Part shown: piece after piece, positions 46,991-56,943 of the stretch | Layout of the letters: every line of letters starts with the position of its first letter | How positions within the stretch are numbered: position 1 is the stretch's first letter | Notes under the pieces: generated by a model | Seen by the model: only the letters and a program-made list of their open reading frames with translations | Database searches by the model: none | Told to the model about the DNA's origin: nothing | Translations under genes and position numbers: made by a program | Source of the DNA: a virus | Strand: one strand, 5' to 3' | IMG/VR virus record: IMGVR_UViG_3300042448_000816 | Span: 32,001-96,000 of that record | Length of the DNA stretch: 64,000 bases

Positions 46991-49900
46991 CTATACAGCA
47001 GGAAGGATACGGCTTTGCCAAGTTATTCCCTGATAGAGATTATATTCATAATCATTTACCCTTAATGGGACATTATCGTCAATGATGATCTTGTTTGTTC
47101 CAGTGTAGGTCTTATATATCTCTGATGGGTCTACCCCCAAAATGTTTGACTGGCTTAAAATTAAAACACTGTTCCAGGTATAGCTTTGATTCCAGAAATT
47201 CCAGATAGCATTGTCAATACTGGCTAGGAACCAAGACCTTATGGTGTTTCTCTGTATTTCCTGTAGCCCAGTTGCTTTATACTGAGAAATATTGTTTACT
47301 AAAACTGATCCAGTAAATCTAAGGCCTCCAGCGTAGGAGTCAAAATCCAGCACTTTTGGAAACGAAACTCCAATAGTTCCCCAGTCGTTTAGGGTTATGA
47401 CTGGTTCCCTAACTATATTACCGTTCCAATAAAAAGTAATACCGTTTTCAAATGTTCCAGTTTTTGCGTTAATTCCATAAATTCTAGCTCTTTTGCCAGT
47501 AATGTCATTAGCAACTAGGTAAAACTTTATATATGTATCTTTGCTTTCAATTTCAAATATTTGTTCTGGGTCTGATGGAAACCTGTCTTTGCCATACCTA
47601 ATAAAAGCCTGAAGAGCAATAATCTTATAAGTTTCAGCCAGGTCTTTATTTACTGGAATAGAAAAGCCACGATTTACCAATGAATCGTAATCTCCCAATT
47701 TTTCTAATCCACTTTTCTTTGTTAAGTATAAATACGGAGTGCTTCCTTTATAAATCCTATATGGATTTCTAGACTTATAGTCAAAGTAAGATCCGTACTT
47801 AATATATGGAAAAACTGGTACCCCAAATCTTGTTCCAACGGGGTTAGAGGATCTTTCGTTAAAAGCTTGAGAGGCATACTGCATCTTTTTTATAACTAAT
47901 GGATTTGATACAATTCCTGGAATTGTCCATTCAAGATGAGTTACAAGAGATATATCCGTAAGCTTAATTCCTTTTGGTGGGTAAATAACTGTTCCATCCA
48001 CAACCTCATACCTGTATGTTAGCCAGCTGTCGTGTATGTTGTTCCCAGTTTCCAGGTCTACTCCAACAACATAGGTTCCTGGCGAAACTACGTTGTTTTG
48101 TGCAGCTGGTATGGTTTTAAAATAAGAGCTTTTTGCAGATGGGTTATTTTTTAAATACTGAAAAGAAACATAAGACTTAACCATGTTTTTAGATGTGTCA
48201 TAGCTACCATTTTCAAAATTTTCTAATGCTGGATAGTCTATATTAAACTGAATAAGATCTAGGTCATAGTATTTTTTGTCTTTAATATCCGAAACGTATT
48301 GTGAGAAAAAGGTAAGCGGTTGGTAATCTTCCCAATAACCGTCTATAGCAATATCCATTGTTATAGTATTAAAGTTTATTTTTGGGATTAGTGTGTAACT
48401 AGCTATAAAGTCTTTGATTACGCTAAAGGATACCCCGCTAGAATAGTCATCGTACTCTCCAGCGTCTAGGGATTCTTCGTATTCTGTCTCTGATACTCCT
48501 CCAGCATCAAAAGGCGGTGTTAAAGAATGATCATTAAAATAATCTTCATAGTTAAAATAAGTAAGAAGCCCCTTCTCATCAAATAAAGATGAAATTTTGT
48601 CTAGATTTCTTTCACTTGAAAAACCAACCTTGTATATTTTTCCAACGAATGTTTTATTAAAGTCTTGATCTCCTCCAATAAACATTGAAAGCTGATTTTT
48701 GTTATTAAAAAAAGCTGATATTTGTTTTCCAAAGTATCTCGAAAATACTTCTAGGTTAATCCCCACAGAAAGGTTTTTTCCAGGAACGGCAGCATCTTCT
48801 TGATATAAGCTTGTTACAACTCCGTCAAAGGATAATGTATAGTGCAAGATTCCAGACTGGATATATATTTCTAAATTGTTTGAGCTTGTTTTGTCTTGTA
48901 TTTTAAAAAGTACTTGTTTGCTTGATGGCAAAGATATTGGTAAATTGAATACCCCGAAGAAAGCTTTTAGGTCTTGCTTAATAATATTCATGTTTTCAAA
49001 AAACAAGTACCCTTGTTTATTTACAAAACTAAGAAAAGGGTCTGTTTGCTGTCCGCTACTTTCATACAGGCTAGAGTACCAGGAGTCTGTTGTTGAATTA
49101 TCCTCAAATACAGCAACAGGTAAATTATGATTCGGCACAGAAAGCGAGTCATCTGCTATGGATAAGTTTTCCATAATTCCCTGGTTCCAACGACCAATGT
49201 CTGGATAGCTGTAGTTGCTGGTATAGTCTGCAAAAGCATAGTCTACAAGCACAGATGTTCCTCCGTAAGCACTATTTGCACTTTCTGGAAACTCTACTGC
49301 CTGGCCATAGGCAAACCTTCTTTTTGCAACAACTGCTGGGACCAAATAAGAGTAAATTGCTACACAATCAATATCAAGAGAGGGGACATTTTCTGAGGCA
49401 TAAAATCCTAGCCAGTCATTGTTTTTTTGAATACCAGACTGAACTATTGTTGCTGGCGGCAAAGAAATATCTGGTGTTGAATAGTTTATTTCTATTACCC
49501 CTTCTCCATTTATTAATAGAGATGCAGAGTTTTCAAAAATCTTAAAGTCTAGCAACATTGGTCTATACCACTCTGTAATTGCATGAGATCCGACAACGTT
49601 TCCAATTTTAATTTTTATAAATGGTCCATCCACATAGATTCCATCTGTAGACCCAATTGGTCCGAATATCCTTGTAGCAGTTGTTGCCTTAGAGTCAATC
49701 CTTACCCACATTTCTGCGGTATACTCTCTATACCTTCCAGATTCATTTAAGAAACCCTGTCCAGGAATAATTAAAGACGGATTGTTATTTTCATTTGGTA
49801 AAATTTTTGTAACATTTGAAGAGCCAAACACAATTGGGACTCCTGAGTTTTTAGCAACAAGGGCACCATTATTTACAAAATAATATCCATCTAAATCCTG

Positions 49901-50557
49901 CAACCCGTAGGATTTTGCTTTAACTGCAAGGTAGTCAAATGGCACTTCTTCTGGCAAGGCTTCTGCAAAAACCCCAGAAGATGTTGCTGAAAAATCTTCT
50001 GACCATTGGCCAAAAGTTACACCATTAATGTGAAATTGACTAGAGCTGCTAATGCTAGCGTAAGTAATTCTTATAACAATTTTTAGTAAACTTGTAGTTG
50101 CGGGTATTCTAAAAGTTTCTGAAATTAGTGACCATCTTTTTACAATCCTGGAGTTAAACTTTCTTAAAACAGGGGTAGCCAATCCGTCATAAGTGTAGCC
50201 AATTTCATAAGATATTACTGAGGCAGACTCTGAAAAAACATATGCTCCTATTGAAAAAGTTTCTAGGTCTTGGCTCATAAAAAGAGGACTTTGAATCCCT
50301 GGGCTTGTCATTGTAACTTGAGCTACCTGAGTTGGCTGAAGTATTGTGTTTATAGTGGTAACTGAGGTGTCTGGCATTGGTTCGTTTATAATTTCATTAT
50401 TTTGAACAGCACTACCGCCAGAAACGGTCCAGGAAAAAACATTTCTTTTGTCATTGGGAATTATAGAAAAATAATCAGCTTTATCGTCTAAAGCCCACAT
50501 GGCAATAGGGTGCTCGCTAAAGATCTTTTCAGCGTATAAATTAGATGGGTTGGCCAT
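46991..50557 (-). CDS. Large virion structural protein with LamG/concanavalin-like segments
   Basis: PIAMWALDD, YTAEMW, IDCVAIY, FVGKIY motifs; 1188 aa. Confidence 0.6.
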   Translation of the reverse strand: MANPSNLYAEKIFSEHPIAMWALDDKADYFSIIPNDKRNVFSWTVSGGSAVQNNEIINEPMPDTSVTTINTILQPTQVAQVTMTSPGIQSPLFMSQDLETFSIGAYVFSESASVISYEIGYTYDGLATPVLRKFNSRIVKRWSLISETFRIPATTSLLKIVIRITYASISSSSQFHINGVTFGQWSEDFSATSSGVFAEALPEEVPFDYLAVKAKSYGLQDLDGYYFVNNGALVAKNSGVPIVFGSSNVTKILPNENNNPSLIIPGQGFLNESGRYREYTAEMWVRIDSKATTATRIFGPIGSTDGIYVDGPFIKIKIGNVVGSHAITEWYRPMLLDFKIFENSASLLINGEGVIEINYSTPDISLPPATIVQSGIQKNNDWLGFYASENVPSLDIDCVAIYSYLVPAVVAKRRFAYGQAVEFPESANSAYGGTSVLVDYAFADYTSNYSYPDIGRWNQGIMENLSIADDSLSVPNHNLPVAVFEDNSTTDSWYSSLYESSGQQTDPFLSFVNKQGYLFFENMNIIKQDLKAFFGVFNLPISLPSSKQVLFKIQDKTSSNNLEIYIQSGILHYTLSFDGVVTSLYQEDAAVPGKNLSVGINLEVFSRYFGKQISAFFNNKNQLSMFIGGDQDFNKTFVGKIYKVGFSSERNLDKISSLFDEKGLLTYFNYEDYFNDHSLTPPFDAGGVSETEYEESLDAGEYDDYSSGVSFSVIKDFIASYTLIPKINFNTITMDIAIDGYWEDYQPLTFFSQYVSDIKDKKYYDLDLIQFNIDYPALENFENGSYDTSKNMVKSYVSFQYLKNNPSAKSSYFKTIPAAQNNVVSPGTYVVGVDLETGNNIHDSWLTYRYEVVDGTVIYPPKGIKLTDISLVTHLEWTIPGIVSNPLVIKKMQYASQAFNERSSNPVGTRFGVPVFPYIKYGSYFDYKSRNPYRIYKGSTPYLYLTKKSGLEKLGDYDSLVNRGFSIPVNKDLAETYKIIALQAFIRYGKDRFPSDPEQIFEIESKDTYIKFYLVANDITGKRARIYGINAKTGTFENGITFYWNGNIVREPVITLNDWGTIGVSFPKVLDFDSYAGGLRFTGSVLVNNISQYKATGLQEIQRNTIRSWFLASIDNAIWNFWNQSYTWNSVLILSQSNILGVDPSEIYKTYTGTNKIIIDDNVPLRVNDYEYNLYQGITWQSRILPAV

Positions 50558-50571
50558 TATTCTCCTACCCT

Positions 50572-50580
50572 ATTTTACCA
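50572..50580 (-). promoter_or_regulatory. Extended -10 (TGGTAAAAT)
   Basis: Intergenic, followed by SD AGGAG. Confidence 0.55.
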
Positions 50581-50583
50581 TAC

Positions 50584-50808
50584 TCAGTTGTCTAGCTCAA
50601 AGACTTTTTCGTTAGCTTCAAACTTAAACCTACCTGTTTGATACATGTGTTCCTGAACCCTGCCCCAAAAAGTCTGAGCCTCTTCTTGTTTGGTTTTTTC
50701 GGCCATAAAAGCATCAAAAACTTCTTGTGCTACCTGAGACTCTCCGTGACAGGTGGCACATCCTGTATTATCTGGTCCCGCACATGCTGGGCAATTAATT
50801 TTTATCAC
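50584..50808 (-). CDS. Small Zn-finger protein (DnaJ-like CxxC..GCxxCxG)
   Basis: CPACAG...GCATCHG; SD AAGGAG before GTG. Confidence 0.6.
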   Translation of the reverse strand: MIKINCPACAGPDNTGCATCHGESQVAQEVFDAFMAEKTKQEEAQTFWGRVQEHMYQTGRFKFEANEKVFELDN

Positions 50809-50825
50809 TATAGCTCCTTCTATTG

Positions 50826-52034
50826 TTATGCAAAGCTTCCTCCAATACGGGCAACACGATTCACTGTTGAATTATTAAAAGACGTAAAGCCCCCACTCAG
50901 AATAATGTTGGCGTCTGGCTGGCTTACAACTGCATGTACAGTGTTATTTGCACCAGAGCCCGTGTTGGTGGTAAATCCCACGTCTCTAGTTCCATCAATA
51001 TTAAGTCTTACAATACGATCAACAGTTGCTCCGTTAAAAGTTGTAAAGGATCCACCTATAACAATCTTTCCATCTGACTGAATGGCTATTGAGAGTATAT
51101 TGCCATTTGCCCCAGATCCTGTATTAGTCGTAAAAGCTACATCTCTGGTGCCATCACTATTAAGTCTTACAATACGATTAACAGTTGCTCCGTTAAAAGT
51201 TGTAAAGCTACCACCTAGCAAAATCCCTTGATTTGACTGGATTGCTATTGAAAGCACGGATCCCGTATTCGACGTGTTTGAGCCCAGGTTGTTATTAAAG
51301 GTGGTATCTTGTGCTCCAGAAGAGTTCATTCGAAAAAATCTATTCTGGATGCTAAAATAATTAAAATCTGGTCCCTGAACTAAGACTAAAACATTAACAG
51401 AGTAACAGATTTTATTATCTGCATGTAGCTTTATTGCATAAATCTGATCGTATGGAGAAAATTCTGCCACCTCTGTTCCCGTAAAGCCTGTGTCCCTAGT
51501 TCCATCTGTGTTAAGCCTTATAATGCATTTTACGGCTACCCCATTAAAAGTTTTAAAATATCCTGACAACAATATTTTTCCATCTGACTGAATTGCTATT
51601 TCTGATACTGTGTTGTTTGCACCAGATCCTGTGTTGGTAGTAAATCCTACATCTCTAGTTCCATCACTATTAAGTCTTACAATACGATTTACTGTTGCTC
51701 CGTTAAAAGTTGTAAAAGCTCCACCTATAATAATCTTTCCATCTGACTGAATTGCTATTGCTGATACTGTGTTGTCTAAACCAGCTCCCACATTAGTCAT
51801 AAAGTCTATGTCTGCTTCTCCATTACCATATAATCTTACAATGCGATTTGCCGTTACGTTATGAAAGTTTGTAAAGCTACCACCTAGGAGTATTCTTCCA
51901 TCTGACTGAATTGCTATTTCTGATACTGTGTTGTTTGCACCAGATCCAATTTTTGAAATAAAGTTAAGATCTGAGACTCCGCCAGATAAAGCTGCCCTTA
52001 AAGCTGCAGATAGTCCGCTTAGTGCCCCAGACAT
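50826..52034 (-). CDS. Delta-60 repeat beta-propeller protein (putative receptor-binding/adhesin)
   Basis: About 7 copies of V..IAIQSDGKI..GG.FT.FNG..VNRIVRLN.DGTRD..F. Confidence 0.85.
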   Translation of the reverse strand: MSGALSGLSAALRAALSGGVSDLNFISKIGSGANNTVSEIAIQSDGRILLGGSFTNFHNVTANRIVRLYGNGEADIDFMTNVGAGLDNTVSAIAIQSDGKIIIGGAFTTFNGATVNRIVRLNSDGTRDVGFTTNTGSGANNTVSEIAIQSDGKILLSGYFKTFNGVAVKCIIRLNTDGTRDTGFTGTEVAEFSPYDQIYAIKLHADNKICYSVNVLVLVQGPDFNYFSIQNRFFRMNSSGAQDTTFNNNLGSNTSNTGSVLSIAIQSNQGILLGGSFTTFNGATVNRIVRLNSDGTRDVAFTTNTGSGANGNILSIAIQSDGKIVIGGSFTTFNGATVDRIVRLNIDGTRDVGFTTNTGSGANNTVHAVVSQPDANIILSGGFTSFNNSTVNRVARIGGSFA

Positions 52035-53197
52035 TATGTTAGACCATTACCAGATATTACCCAAACATCTAGGCCTTGCTGTACAGCTGTAGCTATTCCC
52101 CAGGGAGCTAGGGTCCTGCTTCCAATAGCCCCAGTTCCAGCTAACCTTAATACTCCTGGACTTTCAACCTGAATAGTCATCTGATAGACAGGTATAAAAG
52201 TAATTGCTGTCCCAATATCAAAACTTAAGTTTTCAAAGCTTGGGATTGTAACTGTTCTGTTGGCTTCGCTTGTAACAAATTTTCCAGCATCAGCACGTTG
52301 AATCGTATATGGCCCAGTGTAGCCTCCAGTTTCATAGACTTTGGGAATACTCTTATACCCAATACCGCTTGCCCCGCCGTCATTAAGGCCAGCGGCTGGA
52401 GTTCCAGTGACTGTTCCAGTAAATGTTGGATTGTTTATTGGTGCCTTGGCTGCTAGGTCAGTAGTAAGATTAGTTACTTGAGACTGACCAATTGTTCCCC
52501 AAGCAGTCGAATAGTCAGCACTTCCCGATTTAACCAAAACCTGACCATCAGTTCCTCCAACCGCAACACCAGATCCGTTTGCTCCAGTAGGCCCAGTGGG
52601 TCCAGTAACATTAGAGGCGGCACCAGTAGGTCCAGTAGGTCCAGTTGGACCGATTGGTCCAACAATCTGTCCTGCATCATCAAACGAAACACCATTCCAC
52701 ACGTACAAGTTTCCATCTGCATCAACGATATATGCATCGTTTACAGAGTTACCTACTGTGGGTAAGTTACCTACAGTAGCGACAGATCCAGAAAAATGAA
52801 TGTCTGTACCCTGCGGTCCTGTTGGTCCAGTAGGTCCAGTAGGTCCAGTAACAGTTGAAGCAGGGCCCGTGGCTCCTGTAGCTCCTGTTTGTCCTGTAGG
52901 CCCTGTTGGTCCGCCAGATGGTCCTGTCGCACCTGTAGCTCCTGTAGGACCAGTAGGTCCAACTAGGGAAAGTAGCCACTGAGTTTCAGTGCCAGTAAAG
53001 CCATTAATTTTTGCAACTTCATAAGCTGAGTCACTGCCAATTTGAGATAGGGAGTTCCATGCGGTGATTCCATCTCCAAGCTTTACGACGTTCTCATTAT
53101 AAGAAAAGCCAATTTCTCCTAGAGCTAGAACTGGATTTGTTGTTTCCCATTGGGTTTTAGTTCCACGTCTTTGGAACATTCTATATAATGATGACAT
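52034..53197 (-). CDS. Collagen-like (GPT repeat) fibre protein
   Basis: N-terminal [16 protein letters not shown], Gly-Pro-Thr triplets, C-terminal WVISGN domain. Confidence 0.85.
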   Translation of the reverse strand: MSSLYRMFQRRGTKTQWETTNPVLALGEIGFSYNENVVKLGDGITAWNSLSQIGSDSAYEVAKINGFTGTETQWLLSLVGPTGPTGATGATGPSGGPTGPTGQTGATGATGPASTVTGPTGPTGPTGPQGTDIHFSGSVATVGNLPTVGNSVNDAYIVDADGNLYVWNGVSFDDAGQIVGPIGPTGPTGPTGAASNVTGPTGPTGANGSGVAVGGTDGQVLVKSGSADYSTAWGTIGQSQVTNLTTDLAAKAPINNPTFTGTVTGTPAAGLNDGGASGIGYKSIPKVYETGGYTGPYTIQRADAGKFVTSEANRTVTIPSFENLSFDIGTAITFIPVYQMTIQVESPGVLRLAGTGAIGSRTLAPWGIATAVQQGLDVWVISGNGLT

Positions 53198-53203
53198 ATG
53201 TCT

Positions 53204-53212
53204 ATTTTATCA
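53204..53212 (-). promoter_or_regulatory. Extended -10 (TGATAAAAT), leaderless geometry
   Basis: 6 nt before ATG 53197. Confidence 0.55.
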
Positions 53213-53225
53213 TAATAAAAGAGTT

Positions 53226-54290
53226 TTATTCAGCAAACCTACCCTGCTTGTTATAAAACCCTAAGTTATTTTTTAGCCTAGTGTCATTTGGATTATGACT
53301 AATTGCTAGTACAACTTGATCAATTGCCTCTTGTGTTTTCCCCAAATTCCAGGCAGATATGGAGGCTAGGTCATGGGGCAAGTCTTTCCAAGCAAAGTCT
53401 TCACAAAGGTAGTCTAGAGGCTTTTCTTTTATCGACAGAGCCTTTAAAGATTGTTCATAGCATAAGCTCCAGTCTTTTGTAAGGTAAGCATGATTTGCAA
53501 GCTCTACCCTCGGTTCTCTTCTGTTCGGATCTTCTTCTATAGCTTTCAAAAGATACTCTTTTGCCTTTTCTGGATTACACTTAGCTAGATAACGATAAGA
53601 GGCTGCTCTTTCTGGGGCCCAGGTAGCTTTTGGCAATGATAGGTGACGCTGAAACTCTTTAGCAGCATCGTCAAACTTTTTATTTAAATAAAGCTCACGT
53701 GCATAATAATAAGCATTTCTGTCATCGTTTGGATCTTCTATTGTAGACAGCTTTAACAATGGAAGGTATTGTCCACGTGATTTTGTAGAGTCTGGGTAAT
53801 GATGAATTTCTATATTATACCACCCCTGTTTTTCCTGTAATCTATCTGCAGCTATAATTTCATGAACTGGATGCTTCCAACGATATCCGTTACGAGCGTG
53901 TATTTTGTCTGCACCGTATTGTAATCCTGGTGTACCGTCGGCATTCCAAGACCAAGTATATTTATATCTAGGACGAGTCACCCTGTCTGTTAAGGCTTGT
54001 TCTAATTCTTTACGCCAGCCAGGAAGAATAACCTCATCCATATCAAGAGCAATGCAGTAGTCAATATCTGAGGGTATAACTGAAAGAGACGCATTACGAG
54101 CATCATCAAATCTCCATGGATTAATAGATATCTTTATAACATTTATGCCAAGAGCTTCTGCTTTAGCTACCGTTAAATCTGTAGATCCTGTGTCTGCAAT
54201 TAATAGGTAGTCAGCTTCTTTTGCTGACTCATACCACTTTTCTACAAACTGCTCTTCATTCAAAGCAATGGTGTATATTGCGACTTTCAT
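53226..54290 (-). CDS. Glycosyltransferase family 2 with TPR repeats
   Basis: IALNEE, DTGSTD, FDDARN, LDMDE, W..PVHE, TPR C-half. Confidence 0.88.
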   Translation of the reverse strand: MKVAIYTIALNEEQFVEKWYESAKEADYLLIADTGSTDLTVAKAEALGINVIKISINPWRFDDARNASLSVIPSDIDYCIALDMDEVILPGWRKELEQALTDRVTRPRYKYTWSWNADGTPGLQYGADKIHARNGYRWKHPVHEIIAADRLQEKQGWYNIEIHHYPDSTKSRGQYLPLLKLSTIEDPNDDRNAYYYARELYLNKKFDDAAKEFQRHLSLPKATWAPERAASYRYLAKCNPEKAKEYLLKAIEEDPNRREPRVELANHAYLTKDWSLCYEQSLKALSIKEKPLDYLCEDFAWKDLPHDLASISAWNLGKTQEAIDQVVLAISHNPNDTRLKNNLGFYNKQGRFAE

Positions 54291-54308
54291 TCTACCTCCG
54301 CTTGGCCA

Positions 54309-55304
54309 TTATAGCATCTTTGATACTTTTTTAAGATCTCTTAGAAAGCTTTCTTTGCTTCTATCAACGTTTGGAACAGCTATGTATATATGGTTTTTAA
54401 GCACTGAGAATGTTTTATAGAAATTATGAATCTCCCACTCATCTCCACCATCATGACCGCAGGTTCCAAATTTTATTGGACAAACAATTTCAATCAGGGT
54501 TTGTCCTGGTTTCATAAACATTGAGCTTGTTAGGCCTGACCCAGCATACCCAGCAAAAACACTAACTTGGTCAAAAAACTCTATTTGTTTTTTAAGACTA
54601 CCAAAAGACTCCCCATTAACAACTTCAAAACCTATTGACCTAAAAAATTCTTCTGCATCATCTTCATAGATGTGCCTGTGATCTGCATTATCTTTGTAAA
54701 CATCTTTTTTTCTAGATAAAAAAACCTTTTTATTTGGCACAGTGTCGTCTGACAGATTAGCAAAACTTTTTGCACTGTCGTATATAAAGTCTAAAGAAAT
54801 TGCAGCATCTTGTTGTTGAATTTTTGTAGAGTTGTTTACTCTGAGATAGCTGTTGCTTGGGGGATTTCCAGTGTCGCTTTGATTTACCACTATCCAAGAA
54901 ATTTCAATTCTATCTTTAAACTGGCTCATACAATGCTCAAAGAATGTATAAAACTCTCTTACAGTTTCTTGATCTTTATCTAGCTCAACCAAAACAAGCT
55001 CTACTTTTTTAATGTTGGATTTAATGCAGTTTTCTAAAAAAACAAAAAGTGTTCCAATAAAATCAGGAAAGTAATGAAAGTAACTATTAGGAATTTGAAT
55101 CAATCCTTTAAAGTTTTCATTTAGTATTTCTTTAATTGGTGCATTTTCTTTTAAATAATTTTGTGATGATTCAACAAAATAAGAGTTTACAACCGTTTTT
55201 TCTTTTTTAAAGTTATGCTCTGAAAATAAAATCTTTTCATTTAAATGAACGGCAAAATCTTTTTTGTCGTGAATGTGAAAGAAGTCATATTGATTACTTG
55301 TCAT
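54309..55304 (-). CDS. Glycosyltransferase family 61-like
   Basis: SYFHY, KVFLSR, GFEVV..E, QIEFF, GSGLTSSMFM.PG..LIEI. Confidence 0.8.
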   Translation of the reverse strand: MTSNQYDFFHIHDKKDFAVHLNEKILFSEHNFKKEKTVVNSYFVESSQNYLKENAPIKEILNENFKGLIQIPNSYFHYFPDFIGTLFVFLENCIKSNIKKVELVLVELDKDQETVREFYTFFEHCMSQFKDRIEISWIVVNQSDTGNPPSNSYLRVNNSTKIQQQDAAISLDFIYDSAKSFANLSDDTVPNKKVFLSRKKDVYKDNADHRHIYEDDAEEFFRSIGFEVVNGESFGSLKKQIEFFDQVSVFAGYAGSGLTSSMFMKPGQTLIEIVCPIKFGTCGHDGGDEWEIHNFYKTFSVLKNHIYIAVPNVDRSKESFLRDLKKVSKML

Positions 55305-55328
55305 GTTGGTCTAACTAACTTTTGCTTT

Positions 55329-55484
55329 TTAAGAAAAGCTTGCTCCTTTGTGCTCTGGTCCAAATTTAATTAAGCATACGTTACAGGTTTTAGACTTAAA
55401 CTTTGTTACTGGGCATTGTGCCACAGTGAGCTCGTGTCCTTTTAGTTGGCATATTGCGGATTTTATCATTTTGATAATTCTCAT
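55329..55484 (-). CDS. Small Cys/His Zn-binding protein (51 aa)
   Basis: Not in the ORF track. Manual translation: MRIIKMIKSAICQLKGHEL...CP...TCNVC...FS*. TATAAT lies 6 nt before the ATG. Confidence 0.6.
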   Translation of the reverse strand: MRIIKMIKSAICQLKGHELTVAQCPVTKFKSKTCNVCLIKFGPEHKGASFS

Positions 55485-55490
55485 AATTAT

Positions 55491-55496
55491 ATTATA
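55491..55496 (-). promoter_or_regulatory. -10 element TATAAT, leaderless geometry
   Basis: GGTATAAT-6 nt-ATG(55484). Confidence 0.55.
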
Positions 55497-55523
55497 CCCC
55501 AAAAAAATCCAGGTGTCTATAGG

Positions 55524-55964
55524 CTAATCTGTTATAGTCTTTACGTAGTCGCTGCAAATGCCAAATACTGTGTCAAGATCTGGTAGTGGCTCTTGGTCTT
55601 TAAGAACAATGATAGACCTATCAGTAACAGGCTTTCCTGGATAAGTCCAAATTAAACCATTACTTGTTAGAGTGTAGCTATCCTCTTCGTGCCAAAAGTA
55701 TTTAAAGTCTTCTTTTAAATTAACAAAGTATTCCAATGCTGCTAGATTTTTACAGTGAATCCAAAGGTTATCTTTATATCTATTTAAAAAAGTTTTAGAT
55801 GTTAAATATTGAGGCTTGTCATGTCCTAGCCAAAGCTTGTTATCTATTAAGCGAATATCAACCTCTACGTCAAATCCTGCATAGATTGCTTCTTCAATAT
55901 AAAATGGGTGATTTTCTTTTGGCGATGGTCCTTTGAGATTTCCCCTATGAGCTATTTTTAACAT
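55524..55964 (-). CDS. Glycerophosphodiester phosphodiesterase / PI-PLC-like protein
   Basis: IAHRGN, EN, DVEVD, LGHD, WIHCKN, GICSD. Confidence 0.78.
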   Translation of the reverse strand: MLKIAHRGNLKGPSPKENHPFYIEEAIYAGFDVEVDIRLIDNKLWLGHDKPQYLTSKTFLNRYKDNLWIHCKNLAALEYFVNLKEDFKYFWHEEDSYTLTSNGLIWTYPGKPVTDRSIIVLKDQEPLPDLDTVFGICSDYVKTITD

Positions 55965-55971
55965 ATTTTAA

Positions 55972-56859
55972 CTAAAGTTCTATGTTATCAAGCTTGGCTT
56001 TGATTAGCTCTGCTTGTTTTTCTGAGTTTAAAACAGCAAGGTATGTGTGATTTTTTAAAAGTGCCATATACTCATAGTGATCGTGGATGCCATAAATAAT
56101 AGTTTTAGTTTCATCATCAGATATTGTATGGCCAACCATTACTTCTGTTAATATCTCAATAACTTTTTGATTTTCTTGCATAAATATTAAACTTGTTAGC
56201 CCAGAACCACTTAACGCTACCAAAGTAGAGCAAGAATTAAAAAGCTCAAACTGTTCTTTAAAAGTAGTTATATCTTCTGGATATACTATCTGGAATCCTT
56301 TTTCTATAAAGTAATTTTCTAAGATCTCTTCATCATCAACTCTTAAGTCAGGACTTGAATAGCTTTTTCTACTAATATATATTTTTTTGTTTGGTGTTTC
56401 TGTAACTAGATTGTACTTACTTAAAAGATAATTATATAAAAGTGGAACGCCAGTCTCAAGGTCTGCACCATTTATTGGAATAAAGTTTTTTGCATTTAGG
56501 TATGTAAATTCAGAATTGTCTACTTGTGTGTAGCTGATATTACGTTCTTGTAAAAGCTCTACCAGTAAATTGTCAAAATTTTCTTCTCCAGGCCTTACAT
56601 TGATATTGCACAAAACAAAGTGAAGGCTTTCATGGCTTACTTCTTCTAGCACCATAAGTGCTGGCATCATAAGGTTTATAAGGAAATGGTGATAGTTTGA
56701 CTTAGCGTCCATAATTACATATGTTTTATTATCTTCTAAAAAACTTATAAAGCTAAAACCTTCTGGAGAATAGCCTGGCTCAAAATCACAAAATGATCCT
56801 AAAGTGTGTAGGTTTATATTGTGAATATCGTTTACTTTTTCTAATCTATCGCAAATCAT
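55972..56859 (-). CDS. Glycosyltransferase family 61-like
   Basis: NYHHF, KIYISRK, R..DE, GFQIVYPE, SGSGLTSLIFM. Confidence 0.8.
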   Translation of the reverse strand: MICDRLEKVNDIHNINLHTLGSFCDFEPGYSPEGFSFISFLEDNKTYVIMDAKSNYHHFLINLMMPALMVLEEVSHESLHFVLCNINVRPGEENFDNLLVELLQERNISYTQVDNSEFTYLNAKNFIPINGADLETGVPLLYNYLLSKYNLVTETPNKKIYISRKSYSSPDLRVDDEEILENYFIEKGFQIVYPEDITTFKEQFELFNSCSTLVALSGSGLTSLIFMQENQKVIEILTEVMVGHTISDDETKTIIYGIHDHYEYMALLKNHTYLAVLNSEKQAELIKAKLDNIEL

Positions 56860-56920
56860 CGTGTTTTCGCTAGCTTACCTTCCTGCAAAAATAAAAGGCT
56901 ATCGTGCCACTTCTAGTTTA

Positions 56921-56929
56921 ATTATACCA
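56921..56929 (-). promoter_or_regulatory. Extended -10 (TGGTATAAT)
   Basis: Intergenic; same motif family. Confidence 0.55.
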
Positions 56930-56943
56930 GTATTTTCTTGCTT

